NCBI GenBank assembly: GCA_903830285.1
Contig: CAIKTE010000180.1
Span: forward strand, 2,660-66,659
Direction: 5' to 3'
Length of the DNA stretch: 64,000 bases
Origin: an uncultured Chitinophagaceae bacterium
GTDB taxonomy: Bacteria; Bacteroidota; Bacteroidia; Chitinophagales; Chitinophagaceae
A model generated the notes under the pieces. It worked only from the letters and a program-made list of their open reading frames with translations. It did no database searches and was not told the DNA's origin. Of the stretch, positions 44,725 to 54,385 are shown piece by piece; position 1 is the stretch's first letter, and every line of letters begins with the position of its first letter. The position numbers were made by a program, and so were the translations under genes.

Positions 44725-45822
44725 TTAATTCACTATTTCCAGCACTTTTGTCTTAGGAATATTTGCATTTCTAATAGCAATATTTCTAACCGCCAGGGAA
44801 GCAAAATTTCTAAAAGCATTTTGCGTAACGGCATCATCACCTACCATGGCAGGAACGCCGCCATCACCTCCTTCTCGGATGCTTTGCACCAAAGGGATTT
44901 GTCCAAGGAAAGGCAATTCATATTCTTCGGCTAAATTCTTTCCGCCTTCTTTTCCGAACAAATAATATTTATTATCGGGCAATTCTGCCGGCGTGAAATA
45001 AGCCATATTTTCTACCAATCCGATGATGGGCACATTGATCTGCGCCTGAGCAAACATGGCAATAGCTTTCTTTGCATCGGCCAATGCTACAGTTTGAGGA
45101 GTAGTAACCACAACAGCACCTGTTACCGGAACAGTTTGTATCAATGTTAAATGAATATCGCCTGTGCCCGGTGGCATATCTATGATCAAATAGTCCAGTT
45201 CGCCCCAATCTACTTCCGTTACAAATTGACGGATGGCACTGCTGGCCATCGGCCCGCGCCAAACCACCGCATTTTTTTCGTCCACCAATAATCCGATACT
45301 CATTAATTTGATACCGAATTTTTCTATTGGAACGATAAAAGCTTTGCCATCTACTTCCTTCATCAAAGGCCTTTCGCCACGAATACCGAACATGATGGGT
45401 ACACTGGGCCCATAAATATCCGCATCCATCAATCCCACACTAGCACCTCCTTCGGCCAATGCCAAAGCCAGGTTAGCTGCAACAGTACTTTTACCCACGC
45501 CGCCTTTGCCACTCACCACAGCTATAATATTTTTTACGCCATTCAATACCAGTTGACCATCTTTTCTGTTGCTAGAAGTATTGGCGGTAAAATTCACCTG
45601 TACAATAGCGGCTTTATTTACCAGTATTTTAATGGCATTCTCACAGGCAGAACGCATCATATCCTTCATAGGACATGCAGGAGTGGTCAAAACAAGCGTA
45701 AAGCTTACCGTATTGCCGTCAATGGCAATATCCTTGATCATATTCAATGTAACCAGATCTTTTCCCAGATCAGGTTCCTGTACATTACTCAGCGCTTTGA
45801 GTATTTCGGCTTCAGTCATCAT
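44725..45822 (-). CDS. apbC: Mrp/NBP35 family iron-sulfur cluster carrier ATPase (ApbC)
   Basis: N-terminal MIP18-like domain (ILKALSNVQEPDLGKDLVTLNMI), deviant Walker A SGKGGVGKST, DMPPGTGD. The CxxC-equivalent region is replaced by MAYF..., as in many Bacteroidota. Confidence 0.9.
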   Translation of the reverse strand: MMTEAEILKALSNVQEPDLGKDLVTLNMIKDIAIDGNTVSFTLVLTTPACPMKDMMRSACENAIKILVNKAAIVQVNFTANTSSNRKDGQLVLNGVKNIIAVVSGKGGVGKSTVAANLALALAEGGASVGLMDADIYGPSVPIMFGIRGERPLMKEVDGKAFIVPIEKFGIKLMSIGLLVDEKNAVVWRGPMASSAIRQFVTEVDWGELDYLIIDMPPGTGDIHLTLIQTVPVTGAVVVTTPQTVALADAKKAIAMFAQAQINVPIIGLVENMAYFTPAELPDNKYYLFGKEGGKNLAEEYELPFLGQIPLVQSIREGGDGGVPAMVGDDAVTQNAFRNFASLAVRNIAIRNANIPKTKVLEIVN

Positions 45823-45938
45823 GAAAGTTTTTGTTAAAAAGCTGGATCGGGCGCAAAGTTAACCATCAGGAACTTTACTTTGTTACGAAATACAAAGTAT
45901 GAACAAATATGTTTATCACTTTTAAATAATTGAATTCC

Positions 45939-45946
45939 TATTTTTG
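45939..45946 (+). promoter_or_regulatory. candidate -7 promoter box (TATTTTTG)
   Basis: Exact TAnnTTTG match 6 nt upstream of ATG 45952. Confidence 0.3.
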
Positions 45947-45951
45947 TACGA

Positions 45952-46605
45952 ATGATGAGATCGCTACGATACATTCTTTTACTTACAGGATTTTTTGTTT
46001 TGCAGCAGGTAAGGGCGCAGAATGAAACCCGCAGAGATTCAGTAATTCAGTTATTTGGAGTGGTGATGACATCCGACAGTTTACGTGCTGTTCCCGCAGC
46101 CAGTGTAATTGTAATGGGAAAAGGCAGGGGTACGATCACCAATAACGATGGTGTGTTTTCTATAGTAGTTTTAAAGGGAGACCATATCTTATTTTCATCC
46201 ATCGGATTTAAAGACAAGTCTATTTTCATACCAAGGGACCTGACCGAAACACAGTACAGTGTTATTCAGTTATTGGTTTCAGATACGAATTATTTACCCG
46301 CCACCATTTTAAAACCTCGCCCTACACGAGAACAATTTGAAAGAGATTTTGCCAATACCAGGGTTCCCGATGATATGTATGAGACTGCAAGACAAAACAC
46401 AGATCAGGCCAAATTAAGGGCTTTGATGGCTACACTTCCGCAAGATGGCAGGGAAGCTGTAAACTATCAATTAAGGCAGGATGCCAATAAATATTATTAT
46501 GCCGGACAAATACCTCCTCAAAATATCTTTAATCCATTTGCCTGGGCTGAGTTCATAAAAGCCTGGAAGCGGGGTGATTTTAAGAATAAGTCCTCGGGAA
46601 ACTGA
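45952..46605 (+). CDS. carboxypeptidase-regulatory-like domain protein, secreted
   Basis: Signal peptide. LFGVVMTSDSLRAVPAASVIVMGKGRGTITNNDGVFSIVVLKGDHILFSSIGF. Confidence 0.7.
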   Translation: MMRSLRYILLLTGFFVLQQVRAQNETRRDSVIQLFGVVMTSDSLRAVPAASVIVMGKGRGTITNNDGVFSIVVLKGDHILFSSIGFKDKSIFIPRDLTETQYSVIQLLVSDTNYLPATILKPRPTREQFERDFANTRVPDDMYETARQNTDQAKLRALMATLPQDGREAVNYQLRQDANKYYYAGQIPPQNIFNPFAWAEFIKAWKRGDFKNKSSGN

Positions 46606-46673
46606 TGATCGCTTCTTCATCGCTGAATAGCCAATAATTCTTACCTTACCTGCCAATCATTTTTGAAAGTAAT

Positions 46674-47564
46674 ATGAAAAATATTTCAGTGATCGGTGCA
46701 GGAACAATGGGAAACGGCATTGCTCATGTATTTGCACAAAATGGTTTTACAGTTTCATTGATAGATGTGAATGCCAACCAATTAGAAAAGGCATTGGCTA
46801 CCATTTCAAAAAATCTTGACCGACAAATTGCTAAATCTTTGCTGACTGAAGAAGACAAGAAGAAAACCTTATCTCAGCTCAGTACTTATTCGGATATAAC
46901 TGCGGGTGTTCAAAATGCTGATCTGATCGTGGAAGCAGCCACCGAAAATATTGAATTGAAACTCAAGATCTTTAAACAGCTGGATGAAGCTGCTCCTACC
47001 AAAACAATTTTAGCCAGCAATACTTCTTCTATTTCCATTACAAAGATCGCTGCAGTAACCAAAAGGCCAGAATCAGTGATCGGCATGCATTTCATGAACC
47101 CTGTTCCGGTAATGAAACTGGTAGAGATCATTAATGGATATGCAACTAAAAAAGAAGTAACAGAAAATATTGTTGCATTGAGTATTGAATTGGGAAAGAT
47201 ACCCTGCGTAGTGAATGATTATCCCGGCTTTATTGCCAACAGGATCTTAATGCCAATGATCAATGAAGCCATTTACAGTTTATATGAGGGTGTTGCCGGT
47301 GTGGAAGAAATCGATACTGTAATGAAACTGGGAATGGCGCATCCGATGGGACCCTTACAGTTAGCAGATTTCATTGGGCTGGATGTTTGTCTCAGTATTT
47401 TAAATGTATTGCATGCCGGTTTCGGCAATCCGAAATATGCAGCCTGTCCATTATTGGTAAATATGGTAACAGCGGGTAAAACAGGCATAAAAACCGGCGA
47501 AGGGTTTTATGCATATTCAGCTGTAAATAAAGATCTAATTGTAAGTAATCGATTTAAAAAATAA
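46674..47564 (+). CDS. hbd: 3-hydroxybutyryl-CoA / 3-hydroxyacyl-CoA dehydrogenase
   Basis: VIGAGTMGNGIA Rossmann motif, SNTSS, HFMNPVP, and a C-terminal MGPLQLADFIGLD domain. Confidence 0.9.
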   Translation: MKNISVIGAGTMGNGIAHVFAQNGFTVSLIDVNANQLEKALATISKNLDRQIAKSLLTEEDKKKTLSQLSTYSDITAGVQNADLIVEAATENIELKLKIFKQLDEAAPTKTILASNTSSISITKIAAVTKRPESVIGMHFMNPVPVMKLVEIINGYATKKEVTENIVALSIELGKIPCVVNDYPGFIANRILMPMINEAIYSLYEGVAGVEEIDTVMKLGMAHPMGPLQLADFIGLDVCLSILNVLHAGFGNPKYAACPLLVNMVTAGKTGIKTGEGFYAYSAVNKDLIVSNRFKK

Positions 47565-47569
47565 TATCC

Positions 47570-48328
47570 ATGTTTTTTATTCTCTCCAAAATATTTGATT
47601 TTTTGATGGCACCCATTTCGTGGATACTGATCTTATTGATCTGGATGATTATTGTTAAATCTAAAAAAGCAAAGAAAAGATTATCTATCATCATCATTTG
47701 TATTTCCATTCTATTTTCTAATAGTTTTTTATACCGGACATTTGTTTTAGCATGGCAGCCAAAGCAATCGGTTCTTATAAAAGGAAATCAGTATTCTGCA
47801 GGTATCTTATTAGGTGGATTTACAGGATTTGATATTGACAAAAGAGGATATTTTAACGAAGCCGCTGATCGTTTTATTCAAGCAGAAAAATTATATCATG
47901 AGGGTTTTATTCAAAAAATAATTATCAGCGGTGGATCAGGCCAACTTATTAATAATGAAGCCAAGGAAGCGGATTTTGTAAAAGGCGAATTAATTGCCAG
48001 TGGTGTAGCGGAAAAAGACATTATCATTGAAAACAAATCACGCAATACCTATGAGAATGCTATTTTTTCAAAACGAATTCTTGATTCATTAAAATTAAGC
48101 GGTCCTTATATTTTACTTACTTCGGCAACGCATATGCCGAGATCAATTAAAATTTTTAAGAAAGCTGCAATGACTGTCATTCCATTTCCTTGCGATTATC
48201 ATGTAATTAATTCTCACATTTCTTGGGAAGGAATTGTAATTCCGGAATTAAAACTATTGAATGACTGGGCTATTATTTTTCATGAAATAATCGGATTGAA
48301 AGTGTATCAGTTAACCGGTAAAGCCTGA
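47570..48328 (+). CDS. YdcF/ElyC family (DUF218) protein, membrane-anchored
   Basis: N-terminal TMs, IIISGGSG, NTYENA, LLTSATHMPRS. Confidence 0.8.
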   Translation: MFFILSKIFDFLMAPISWILILLIWMIIVKSKKAKKRLSIIIICISILFSNSFLYRTFVLAWQPKQSVLIKGNQYSAGILLGGFTGFDIDKRGYFNEAADRFIQAEKLYHEGFIQKIIISGGSGQLINNEAKEADFVKGELIASGVAEKDIIIENKSRNTYENAIFSKRILDSLKLSGPYILLTSATHMPRSIKIFKKAAMTVIPFPCDYHVINSHISWEGIVIPELKLLNDWAIIFHEIIGLKVYQLTGKA

Positions 48329-48946
48329 TCAGATCTTCGTTGCATTTATGGTATGCATATCGTTTATTTTGTACAATACTTCTTCTAATCTCGCTTTGGG
48401 TATTCCGATCTTCAGCAAACAAAATAATTGCATTTCCTGATGGAGGATACTGCAGTTAAACTGCTTTACAACCGTCATCACTTCATTCATTTTTGTATAA
48501 TCGAAATGTAGTTCGTACTTTATTTCTACCTGCTTTTGCACAACAGGAATCATTTGCAAAGTCAATGCAGCAGACGTTTTATAAGCATTGATCAAACCGG
48601 GGACGCCCAATAATGTCCCACCAAAATAGCGAACAACTATTACTGAAATATCTGTCAATTGTTTACTGTCAATTTGATTTAAAATAGGTTTACCGGCAGT
48701 ACCGCTTGGTTCGCCATCATCACTCACTCGAAAATTATTGCCATCAATTCCAATGCGATAAGCAAAACAATGATGCACTGCTTTAGGATGTTCTTTCTTG
48801 AGTGTTTGTAAATAACTTTTGGCTTCGTCAACTGAAGTTATAGGATAGGCATAAGCAATAAACTTACTTCCCCTGTCTTTAAACTCAGCGATCGAAGATT
48901 GGCTGATGGTATAATAAAAGTCCTGTTCTATATTTGTTTTACTCAT
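48329..48946 (-). CDS. YigZ / IMPACT family protein
   Basis: KDRGSKFIAYAYP...HHCFAYR...DDGEPSGTAGKPIL..., the UPF0029 signature. 8-nt overlap with ribD. Confidence 0.88.
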   Translation of the reverse strand: MSKTNIEQDFYYTISQSSIAEFKDRGSKFIAYAYPITSVDEAKSYLQTLKKEHPKAVHHCFAYRIGIDGNNFRVSDDGEPSGTAGKPILNQIDSKQLTDISVIVVRYFGGTLLGVPGLINAYKTSAALTLQMIPVVQKQVEIKYELHFDYTKMNEVMTVVKQFNCSILHQEMQLFCLLKIGIPKARLEEVLYKINDMHTINATKI

Positions 48947-49979
48947 GTTTATAATATTGAATCAGGTCATTTCTATACTTTTCTTCTTTCATATATAAGG
49001 CGTTCCGTAACTGAGGAGCAGATAATCCATCCCCCACCAACAAGAATTCATTTGTGATCACCCTTACTTCGTCCCAAATATCTCCATCAATAAAAGATTG
49101 CAAGGTCTTCGCCCCTCCTTCCACCAAAATGCTTTGAATATTCAATTGATAACAGGCATCCATTATTTGTTGAATAATATTCTCAGCTTTCTCCAAGCGA
49201 TAAAATATTGTGTTTTTATCTTCTTCCTGTTTAATATTATTGAAAATAATTGTCTTTAGGCTATTATCGAATATTTTCAAAGTTGGTGAAAGTCGTAAGT
49301 GTTTATCCAGTACCAATCTTACTGGGCTCCTTCCTGCCGCGAATCGATTATTTAATGAAGGATCATCAAGTAATGCAGTATTGGTACCTATAAAAATAGC
49401 AGTCTCCTCACTCCTCCATTGATGCACTAATCGATTACTATATTCATTAGTGATGAATAATCGTTCTTTTGAAAGTGCAGCAATCTTATTGTCTACAGTT
49501 TGCGCCCATTTTAAAACAATATAAGGTCGGCGTTTTTCATGAAAAGTAAAGAAGCGTTTATTCAACTCTTTTGCCTCATTTGCTAAAATGTCAATTGTCA
49601 CCTCAATTCCCGCATGTTGCAATTTTTCAATTCCTTTTCCATTTACTTCTTCAAAAGGGTATCTACAGGCAATAACCACCCTGGGAATTTTATGTTGGAT
49701 GATCAGATCAGTGCAAGGAGGTGTTTTACCAAAATGAGCACAGGGTTCTAATGAAACATATAATACTGATTGACTGATGAGTGTCTTGTTTCTTTCTTCA
49801 ACACCATTAATACAAATTACTTCCGCATGAGCTTTGCCATATTGTTGATGATAGCCTTCGCCGATAATACGATCATCATACACCAAAATAGCAGCTACTA
49901 ACGGGTTGGGGGCAACATAACCCTTCCCTAACTTTGCCAGTTCCAGGCAACGATACATGTATGATTCATCTTTGGTCAC
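48939..49979 (-). CDS. ribD: bifunctional diaminohydroxyphosphoribosylaminopyrimidine deaminase / 5-amino-6-(5-phosphoribosylamino)uracil reductase
   Basis: PNPLVAAILV, HAEV, and SLEPCAHFGKTPPC (CMP/dCMP deaminase zinc site). C-terminal reductase domain LVEGGAKTLQSFI. Confidence 0.95.
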   Translation of the reverse strand: MTKDESYMYRCLELAKLGKGYVAPNPLVAAILVYDDRIIGEGYHQQYGKAHAEVICINGVEERNKTLISQSVLYVSLEPCAHFGKTPPCTDLIIQHKIPRVVIACRYPFEEVNGKGIEKLQHAGIEVTIDILANEAKELNKRFFTFHEKRRPYIVLKWAQTVDNKIAALSKERLFITNEYSNRLVHQWRSEETAIFIGTNTALLDDPSLNNRFAAGRSPVRLVLDKHLRLSPTLKIFDNSLKTIIFNNIKQEEDKNTIFYRLEKAENIIQQIMDACYQLNIQSILVEGGAKTLQSFIDGDIWDEVRVITNEFLLVGDGLSAPQLRNALYMKEEKYRNDLIQYYKHE

Positions 49980-50016
49980 TTGTCAAAACTAATTGAAAAA
50001 GCAGTAGCATTGCAGA

Positions 50017-50880
50017 ATGAGTATTCAGGAAGCATATAAAAAATTATTGTTTCAGTTATACGAATTATACGATAACCGTGAAGCTGCTAATATTGCAGAT
50101 ATGGTGATCGAGTTTATCACCGGTCAGAGAAAGACAGATCGTATCATCCATAAAACGATCCCTTTAAATTTTCAGCAGCAGGAGCAATTAGAGAACCTTA
50201 CACAAGAATTATTGCAATACAAGCCGGTACAATATGTGTTGAAAGAAACCTGGTTTTCAAGGATGAAATTTTTTGTGAATGAAGCAGTACTGATCCCTAG
50301 ACCAGAAACAGAAGAATTGATCAACTGGATCATTCAGGATATTAAAAGCAATAAAATTAAAGTGAACAGCATTCTTGATATTGGAACAGGTAGCGGATGT
50401 ATTCCTATATCATTAAAGAAAAAGAATGAATTACTTTCAGTTTCTGCACTTGACATAAGTGAAGATGCATTAAAAGTTGCTGCGAAAAATGCAGATGACC
50501 TCCATGCAGGTATCAATTTTATTTGTTCTGATTTTTTAGATGAAAATACCTGGAATGAATTTCCTGTTTATGACATCATCGTAAGCAATCCTCCTTATGT
50601 CAAACAATCCGAAAGCGAAACTATGCGAAAGATAGTTATCGATTTTGAACCACATCTTGCATTATTTGTAACAGATGAAGATCCTTTACTCTTTTATAAA
50701 AAAATAGCAAGGTTCGGAAAAGATCATCTTTCTAAAGAAGGAAATATTTTTGTGGAGATCAACGAATGTTTGGGTGAAGAAGTAATTGCTCTTTTCAAAA
50801 AAGAAAAATACAATGCTGAATTAAGAAAAGACATGCATGGAAAAGACAGGATGCTCAAAGCCAGCTTTATAAACAACTAA
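50017..50880 (+). CDS. prmC: peptide chain release factor N5-glutamine methyltransferase
   Basis: LIPRPETE, DIGTGSGCI, and the SNPPY catalytic motif. Confidence 0.92.
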   Translation: MSIQEAYKKLLFQLYELYDNREAANIADMVIEFITGQRKTDRIIHKTIPLNFQQQEQLENLTQELLQYKPVQYVLKETWFSRMKFFVNEAVLIPRPETEELINWIIQDIKSNKIKVNSILDIGTGSGCIPISLKKKNELLSVSALDISEDALKVAAKNADDLHAGINFICSDFLDENTWNEFPVYDIIVSNPPYVKQSESETMRKIVIDFEPHLALFVTDEDPLLFYKKIARFGKDHLSKEGNIFVEINECLGEEVIALFKKEKYNAELRKDMHGKDRMLKASFINN

Positions 50881-52448
50881 ATGATCTTATAAATAGCCCA
50901 ATTCTTTGTTTCGAACATGAGGATCGGGCGAAATTGCTGGCGTATTTCCATTTGGTGAATATTATAATCATTCAATACCGTAAAGCTTCTCAGCCGATTG
51001 ATCGATTTTGCCACACAAACAAAACGGGCTCCTAATTTCGGATTTTCAACAATCGTTATAAAGTTATTATTATTTGGAAGAACCACTGTTTTCAATGTTC
51101 TTAAATGCGCCATTATTTTATATGCCGCTGCATCATCCATTAGTATTTTATGCGTTTCATCTGTAATATCAGAAATGTAAGAAGCCAACTGATATTCTTC
51201 TGAAGTCTGACGTTCATCTTTCCAGATACTCACCTTCTTTAAAGAAGCGAAAAACAATCTTTCTTCCACATCGCTTGAATGAATGAAATAGAAAATTCCC
51301 GTGAATATATTTGCGATTGCCACAGCCATAATGATTGGATAGAGCAATTTTGTTTTGTATTTCTTACCGGCATAAACACTTAGTCCCAATAATGCAATCA
51401 CCAGAAAAATAAGATAATATTCGATGGTGATATATATTTGATTATCGAGCAGAATGATCGAAATAAGTATGAATGGTGCCAGCAGTGTAAACAATTCGTA
51501 TAAGTTTCCTTTAAATAAAACAAAGAGCAGTATCAATAAGGGAGTTAACAGTAGTATGTATATCTGAAAGATGATGTGATTCTGTTCACCAACATTATCC
51601 ACGGCACCGGATGCGATCAGATTACCGATGGATTCGTTTCCGGTAACATGCCAATTGGCGTATTGACTGGTCAAAAAATAAGTTGCATCGCCCGCATGAT
51701 AGAAATTCAAAGTCTTAAATAAGTATAATGCCCCAATAGGCAATAAGAATACGATGATATAAATAGCCAATGTTCTGTTTGCTAATTTTCTTCTTTGAGA
51801 ACGATTATTCAACGATTCGAAATATTGTAAAACAGGAGGCTGGTCTTTTTGAAGTTTCAAACCCTGTAATGAAACAAGGAAAATAAAAGGAAAGAATGCC
51901 AAAAGCATCCAGATAAAATTATAGTCACAAAACACCAGACAGGAAAGATAAATACTTGCCATTGACAGATAGAAAGAAGTCTGGCTTCGATAATAATTGA
52001 AAAGACTTCTGAATACTAAATAAAAGAATAAAAGTATGGAAGCCACACCACGTCCAGACGTTGCGGCATAAATGATACCCGGATGAAAAACAAAGACCAA
52101 TAATAACATCGGCAAAAACACCCTGCGAGGTAATTTTGATTTTGCAAAATCATTCAGCAATAAGAAGAATAAAATAGTTGTGAATGCAGTTGATGCCAAA
52201 ATTGGTGCAAAGGGATAGCCAAATGGAGTAAAAACAATAGAAGATAAAAATATCAAACTAGGAAAAGTAGTACCTAATGTAAGCAATGTGTTATCATCGG
52301 TTTCAAAAAGCAATTTTATTTTTTCTGCGATAAACATTGCTTCAGAATGTTCATACCCTGTTCGATGCAACACCCAGGAAACAAGGATATAGTACACCAT
52401 CAGAAACAGCGCAATAAATATAGCTATGTATTTTTTTAAAAAAATCAT
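50877..52448 (-). CDS. polytopic membrane protein (about 12+ TM, GT-C/ArnT-PMT-like topology) with C-terminal soluble domain; last gene of the BcsB/GT2 operon
   Basis: Hydrophobic helices through about residue 400, then a roughly 120-aa hydrophilic tail. 5-nt gap to the upstream GT2 gene. 4-nt convergent overlap with prmC (CTAA). Confidence 0.7.
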   Translation of the reverse strand: MIFLKKYIAIFIALFLMVYYILVSWVLHRTGYEHSEAMFIAEKIKLLFETDDNTLLTLGTTFPSLIFLSSIVFTPFGYPFAPILASTAFTTILFFLLLNDFAKSKLPRRVFLPMLLLVFVFHPGIIYAATSGRGVASILLFFYLVFRSLFNYYRSQTSFYLSMASIYLSCLVFCDYNFIWMLLAFFPFIFLVSLQGLKLQKDQPPVLQYFESLNNRSQRRKLANRTLAIYIIVFLLPIGALYLFKTLNFYHAGDATYFLTSQYANWHVTGNESIGNLIASGAVDNVGEQNHIIFQIYILLLTPLLILLFVLFKGNLYELFTLLAPFILISIILLDNQIYITIEYYLIFLVIALLGLSVYAGKKYKTKLLYPIIMAVAIANIFTGIFYFIHSSDVEERLFFASLKKVSIWKDERQTSEEYQLASYISDITDETHKILMDDAAAYKIMAHLRTLKTVVLPNNNNFITIVENPKLGARFVCVAKSINRLRSFTVLNDYNIHQMEIRQQFRPILMFETKNWAIYKII

Positions 52449-52453
52449 ATTCT

Positions 52454-54325
52454 TTATGTTGCAGCCGCTACAGCAGCATTTACGTTTGCAGTTGCAGAAG
52501 ATGAAACTTTAGTGAGTCCGTGATTTGTCTTTTCCCAATAAAATGGTTTGTATATCAATTGCCAGAGGCCTTTATAAGCTGCAATGCTGTGCATCAACCA
52601 ATATACCGGATTCAGAATGGCAAATAATATCAATTCATAAAATCTACGTTTGAACACTGCAAGCATATTAATGTACACCATCAGTACATTGCCTGCTATA
52701 AAATTAAATGTTGCGATATACAATACCCAATCCGGGAAAAGTTGTCTAACAAAATTAAAATTGAAAATGATGTAGAATAAAAAGAATACCAACAATACCG
52801 GATACAATAAAAATGTAAATGAAGTTCCGCCAATAAAGAAGTTGAATCCAAAGAAGCCCTGCCATCCAATTCTTCGTATCAATGAAACGGGATTACGCAT
52901 GTGTACCAAATAAGTTTGCATATACCCCTTGATCCAGCGTGAACGTTGACGGATCCAGTTGAATGGTTCGTTGTTTGCCTCTTCCAATGTAGTGCTGTTA
53001 ACAACACCTATCTTATATTGTTTATCGTATACTCTCACTCCAAGATCCGCATCTTCTGTAACATTAAACGGATCCCAAGCACCTAGTTCCATTAATTTAT
53101 TTAATTTGAAATGGTTGCTCGTTCCTCCTAAAGGAATAGGCACATCCAAAGTTTCCAAACCGGGCAACATATAATCAAACCAATAAGAATATTCCAAAGT
53201 GAACATTCTTGTCAAAAGGTTTTCATTTTTATTAAAGTAATTCAGTGCTCCTTGTAAAACAACAAATTCATCAGGTAATTTCCTGAATAATACAACTACC
53301 TTTTTTAACTGATCAGAATCTGGAACATCTTCCGCATCATAAATGGTTAATAATTCTCCTCGTGAAAAATACAATCCGTAATTACAGGCTTTCGGTTTTG
53401 TTTTTGGTGCGTGAAAAGGAACAACAATGGTTTCAAAGTTAGCCGGGAAATCCAGGTTTCTTACTGCATTCAGTGTTTTATCATCATCTTCTTCTATCAA
53501 CAATTTAACGTCGAGTTTGGCTCTTGGATAGTCGAGACTACGCAGATTCCATATTAGTTTACGAATGAGTTTATCTTCCTTATAAACCGGCAACAGGATC
53601 GTGTAAACGGGCAATGAAGCTTCGTCTACTCTTTTTACATCTGCCTTTGAAACCGCTTCATGCAATTCGGACATAGAGCCTCTTAGTGCCAGATACAATT
53701 TAAATAAGATGGAGAAAAGGAAAAATACACTCGACAAAAGATTGATAATAATGATTGTAGGCGAAAAATACAGGATCAGCATCGTGAGATTGAAAGCAAT
53801 AAAACCAAAAACAAATATCAATTGTGCATTGGTAAATGTTACCAACCCAGAGCTTTCAGCGTCTTTACGCATTAGACTGAATACTGCTTCTTTTACATAA
53901 AATTCTCCCCTTGTTTTATGTGCCAGCCAAGTAATATCCAGATCTGATGCAGCAACAAATCTGATCTTCATCCTGAATTTTACATATAGGCTGTTCAGCA
54001 ATTTTTCATCCAACGGGTCTGCCGCAGCAACTAATAATGTTCCATCGATTTCTTTTCGCAAAGGGATATACAGAAAAGAATTGAGGTGCTGAATATCGCA
54101 TTGATGAATATACACATCATCCATTTCTTCATTGCGTACATCAATCAATGGGAAGTTCTCTTTTTCCAAAAAATCGACATACACTTTACGTGTCAAAAAT
54201 CCGAAATTCAGTGCAGCTTTGATAGGTGCATAACTGTACATATTGGCTATCGCTTCTACCTCATCCAATTTCGCATGAGTAAAGAAGCCCGTTTCTGCCA
54301 TCTTATGTAATCCGCACCGGGTCAT
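52454..54325 (-). CDS. processive family-2 glycosyltransferase (cellulose-synthase-like) with N-terminal T2SSE_N/MshEN-like domain
   Basis: N-terminal LLVAAADPLDEKLLNSLYVKFRMKIRFVAASDLDI (GspE-N type). Two TM helices. GT2 core with YDAEDVP (DxD), TEDADLGVR (TED) and QRSRWIKG (QxxRW). C-terminal TM bundle ending FYWEKTNHG. No PilZ. Confidence 0.85.
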   Translation of the reverse strand: MTRCGLHKMAETGFFTHAKLDEVEAIANMYSYAPIKAALNFGFLTRKVYVDFLEKENFPLIDVRNEEMDDVYIHQCDIQHLNSFLYIPLRKEIDGTLLVAAADPLDEKLLNSLYVKFRMKIRFVAASDLDITWLAHKTRGEFYVKEAVFSLMRKDAESSGLVTFTNAQLIFVFGFIAFNLTMLILYFSPTIIIINLLSSVFFLFSILFKLYLALRGSMSELHEAVSKADVKRVDEASLPVYTILLPVYKEDKLIRKLIWNLRSLDYPRAKLDVKLLIEEDDDKTLNAVRNLDFPANFETIVVPFHAPKTKPKACNYGLYFSRGELLTIYDAEDVPDSDQLKKVVVLFRKLPDEFVVLQGALNYFNKNENLLTRMFTLEYSYWFDYMLPGLETLDVPIPLGGTSNHFKLNKLMELGAWDPFNVTEDADLGVRVYDKQYKIGVVNSTTLEEANNEPFNWIRQRSRWIKGYMQTYLVHMRNPVSLIRRIGWQGFFGFNFFIGGTSFTFLLYPVLLVFFLFYIIFNFNFVRQLFPDWVLYIATFNFIAGNVLMVYINMLAVFKRRFYELILFAILNPVYWLMHSIAAYKGLWQLIYKPFYWEKTNHGLTKVSSSATANVNAAVAAAT

Positions 54326-54385
54326 AGTTTTATTATTTTACGCTGTAAGAATAATTCCTGATTCACGAAAATTCCCTTCTCTTTA

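Noticed and set aside
44725-45822. Idea that the adjacent P-loop ATPase is a ParA partner for a centromere-like array
   Set aside because: The protein has the Mrp/NBP35 (ApbC) architecture with an N-terminal MIP18-like domain, so it is an Fe-S cluster carrier rather than a partition ATPase. Adjacency is probably coincidental.
44972-45862. ORFs overlapping mrp/apbC on both strands (96, 60, 94 and 97 aa)
   Set aside because: The Mrp/NBP35 frame is unambiguous (GKGGVGKST). The others are Arg/Cys-rich out-of-frame readings.
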